Shown here one piece after another: positions 33,608 to 36,029 of a stretch of DNA of 36,029 bases (position 1 is its first letter; every line of letters begins with the position of its first letter). Source of the DNA: a virus (taxonomy: Duplodnaviria; Caudoviricetes); IMG/VR virus record IMGVR_UViG_3300009703_000050, positions 1-36,029 of that record; one strand, 5' to 3'. The notes under the pieces are model-generated. The model searched no databases. It had not been told where the DNA came from and saw nothing but the letters and a program-made list of their open reading frames with translations. The translations under genes were made by a program, and so were the position numbers.

Positions 33608-34002
33608 ACGAGAACGATTTTGAGGTTATCGTAGCAGGCGAAGGCAACAGACGAGAGACAACCATCGACCACCCCGACTTGAGGTTGGGAGTGGCAGTCT
33701 TCGTCTTTGCTCTACTCGACCTGTTAGTTATCCGTAAGGCTCGCCTGCAAAAGGTAGTAGATATGTATGACCTCCCCATAGAGCTAGACAAGTCTGGTAT
33801 TACACGGGCTGACGTGGCTGACGCGCTCGACTACATTGTGGCAAATGACAATGAGTGGGCCACGTCCTTTAACAACGCCTGCTGTACGTTAGGCTTGAAC
33901 TGCGAGGCCACACGAGAGGAGCTAGTAGAGATGGTTAGGTGCAGCAAGAACCCACACGTGAAAGCGGGGTTGAAGATACACCAAGCGAGGAGTGAAGGAT
34001 GA
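33604..34002 (+). CDS. Hypothetical helical protein, similar pattern to 8438-8752
   Basis: RL..AV...AL.D...A..YI.....W..SF...C..LGL...R pattern. Confidence 0.75.
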   Translation: MNENDFEVIVAGEGNRRETTIDHPDLRLGVAVFVFALLDLLVIRKARLQKVVDMYDLPIELDKSGITRADVADALDYIVANDNEWATSFNNACCTLGLNCEATREELVEMVRCSKNPHVKAGLKIHQARSEG

Positions 34003-34481
34003 GACCCGGAGGACAGAAGCAGAAAGGTTCACTTTTTGAGTCACAGGTAGCTAAGAAGCTAGGACTGTGGTACTACAACGACGAGAACGCTCTCGCTCGT
34101 GTACCTACGTCCGGTGCTATGGGTACTGTGCGTGGCAAGGACTTCGTGGAGCAGGGCGACATCAGACAGGTGGCTCACCACGAGCGGCCCTTCCCCTTCA
34201 GTGTTGAGTGCAAATTCCATGCTGAGATACAGGTAGCGCCCTTCCTCCTCGGCAATGAAAAGTGTAAGTTGGCTCGCTTCTGGCAGCAGTGCATTAGGGA
34301 TGCAGAGAAGCAGGAACTTATTCCCTTGCTAATCTTTAAGCAGAACAGGGGAGTGGCTTACGTATGTATGACTGCTCCTGTGAGTATGGAACCAGCACCG
34401 CGTGAGTATATGCTGGGCCGACAACATTTAATAGTCACGCTGGAGGAATTTACACATGAGCGAATTGAGCAAGTACGATAG
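33999..34481 (+). CDS. Holliday junction resolvase (Hjc-like PD-(D/E)xK)
   Basis: KG..FE..VA, R.P.SGA, GD, VECK, W.Q, PLLIFK. Confidence 0.85.
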   Translation: MRPGGQKQKGSLFESQVAKKLGLWYYNDENALARVPTSGAMGTVRGKDFVEQGDIRQVAHHERPFPFSVECKFHAEIQVAPFLLGNEKCKLARFWQQCIRDAEKQELIPLLIFKQNRGVAYVCMTAPVSMEPAPREYMLGRQHLIVTLEEFTHERIEQVR

Positions 34482-34860
34482 AAAGAACAACAGGTTTTAC
34501 ATGAAGGGCAGTAGCCTGTGCGTAGACATCATGCGTGGAGGAGACACGCAAGTGACTAAGGTGGTGGGTGACCTCACTCAGAACCTGAACACCGGTATCG
34601 TTACCCTGACTGTCGTGCGTGAACCTCGCCATCTGACAGAGAAGGGCTACCTCGTAAGTAGCTTTGCGTTGGAAGCGTTCGACGTGAACCGCTTGGTCGT
34701 CGCAGTAATGGACGAGACAGGTGGAGTGAAGGAGAGTTACATCCTACACGACCCCCAGACGGCTCCTCACTGGAGCTTCAAGCCCGAGACCGGGTATCTA
34801 GGGAACGATGAAGACCAAAAAGCCTTCGATTTGCTCACCCTAGAGAAAATGGCCGGATAA
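34456..34860 (+). CDS. Hypothetical protein, last gene of the + arm
   Basis: GGAGG SD; typical codon use. Confidence 0.75.
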   Translation: MSELSKYDRKNNRFYMKGSSLCVDIMRGGDTQVTKVVGDLTQNLNTGIVTLTVVREPRHLTEKGYLVSSFALEAFDVNRLVVAVMDETGGVKESYILHDPQTAPHWSFKPETGYLGNDEDQKAFDLLTLEKMAG

Positions 34861-34969
34861 ACTGCCTCAGAACACCCGCTAGATGGCCCACACGTGGCCG
34901 TGGTTAAACGAACTATTTGCGTTAGTAGTAAGGCCTACCTCGCCTATTTTGGAGGGCTTAGAGAGCCTC

Positions 34970-35443
34970 CTAGTGGCTGTTATGGTGGGTCATGATGGCT
35001 TCAACACGGGTCAGACTGATGCCATACCGCTGGGCCACTATCTTAGCTGAGTCACCGTTCAGTGTGTCTCGAACGACTCCTTCTACCAGCTCAGCTTCAA
35101 TCTCAAACTGATTATCGCGGTAGTAGTGCTTGCCTGTGACCATCGCCTTCAGTGATGCAAGACCGTAGTTGACGAAGAACATGATACCGTGCTTCTTGGC
35201 CTGACGAACGTGTACTTCCTCGTGTGCTCTGCGTACTTCATTGAAGCCGCCGTTCACGTACAGGACTACATCACCTAACGTAATTGCTGCCTTGTTTGAG
35301 CTACGCATTATCTTGTCGAACCTAGAGCCTGCCTCGGCTTCGTAGTGTCCCTTGTAGTGTTCCGTCCAGCTCTTGCTGCCGACACTCTTGACGGCTCTTC
35401 CAACCGCACTGTTAAACTTTCCTAGTAAATCTCTGGTATTCAT
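34970..35443 (-). CDS. HEXXH (DUF4157-like) protein with C-terminal HTH-like tail
   Basis: AITLG, HEEVHVRQ, Y..N.FE.EA; AAGGAG SD on - strand. Confidence 0.75.
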   Translation of the reverse strand: MNTRDLLGKFNSAVGRAVKSVGSKSWTEHYKGHYEAEAGSRFDKIMRSSNKAAITLGDVVLYVNGGFNEVRRAHEEVHVRQAKKHGIMFFVNYGLASLKAMVTGKHYYRDNQFEIEAELVEGVVRDTLNGDSAKIVAQRYGISLTRVEAIMTHHNSH

Positions 35444-35454
35444 AATCTATCTCC

Positions 35455-36029
35455 TTAGTTGTTATCGCTGAATGATATCTGCGCCCACCTAGAGCCTCCC
35501 GAGGATATCTGATACATGAGCTGTATGGTGTCCTGCGGATGTGTTAGCGTAAGTGATGCAGCAGTCAGGGCAAGGGCAGTCCCCGAGGTGCCTCCTTCGT
35601 CGAAAGACACGTCATCGTTGCCTGCGATAGTGTGAATCGTCACAATCGTACCAGCCGTGCAGTTCGAGGTGCCCGCAGACCCACCAGCACACCACAAGTC
35701 TGTTATGACGCATGTACCTACGTCTGTGTGGGATATTCTCATATACGCGCCTGTCACCTCATCCCCAACAGAGGCCGGGACGCCGTCAGCTCCACAATCA
35801 GCACCTAGGTCGGAGTCTACTTTCGAGTGCGTGACTAGCCCATCTAGTACGGTTCCACCTGATACATCTAAGTCAGTAGTCAGTACTTTTCCTGTTACGG
35901 TCAGGTCACCTGTCATAGTGTCCCCTGCGACAGCTACGTAGGTTGAGGCTATGGTGGCTGTATCTACTAGCGTAGCGTCGGTCAACTGGGTGTTCAGTTC
36001 GGCCAAGGTGTCTAGCTCCAGTTCCTCAA
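35455..36029 (-). CDS. C-terminal part of a virion structural/tail-fibre-like protein (5' truncated)
   Basis: Frame open to the window edge (ELDTLAELN); YVAVAGDTMTGDL fibre-type motif; Thr/Gly-rich. Confidence 0.65.
   Translation of the reverse strand, partial: EELELDTLAELNTQLTDATLVDTATIASTYVAVAGDTMTGDLTVTGKVLTTDLDVSGGTVLDGLVTHSKVDSDLGADCGADGVPASVGDEVTGAYMRISHTDVGTCVITDLWCAGGSAGTSNCTAGTIVTIHTIAGNDDVSFDEGGTSGTALALTAASLTLTHPQDTIQLMYQISSGGSRWAQISFSDNN

Noticed and set aside
1-36029. Stop-codon reassignment or prophage signature
   Set aside because: Standard code gives intact, tightly packed genes using all three stops; no integrase, att site or host genes seen.

Overview
A 36-kb segment of a tailed dsDNA bacteriophage genome, standard genetic code, almost all genes on the + strand; no integrase, tRNA or CRISPR was seen. 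It opens with G-rich tandem repeats and strong sigma70-type promoters driving early-type genes (micro-ORFs, Zn-ribbons, a secreted dockerin-like protein, MoxR-type AAA+ ATPase plus VWA/HEXXH partner, SprT). A replication/recombination arm follows: SF2 helicase, HAD nucleotidase, DnaB, HNH, DnaG, UDG-fused PolA with an intein, probable class II RNR with a LAGLIDADG intein, UvsY-like, gp32-like SSB, RecA, Mor-like activator, SbcD/SbcC. Then come a dispersed lysis set (holin-like genes, spanin pair, SLT), a Holliday junction resolvase, and the 3' end of a convergent - strand arm. The most striking feature is the PolA intein: it has no endonuclease in its own frame, but a complete HTH-HNH endonuclease gene with its own Shine-Dalgarno and ATG is overprinted in the +1 frame while the intein frame stays open. 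Also seen: several pairs of dispersed conserved intergenic elements, repeated apparently leaderless genes, no GATC in a by-eye scan, and a prepilin-like micro-ORF. All calls come from motif reading by eye; no searches were run.
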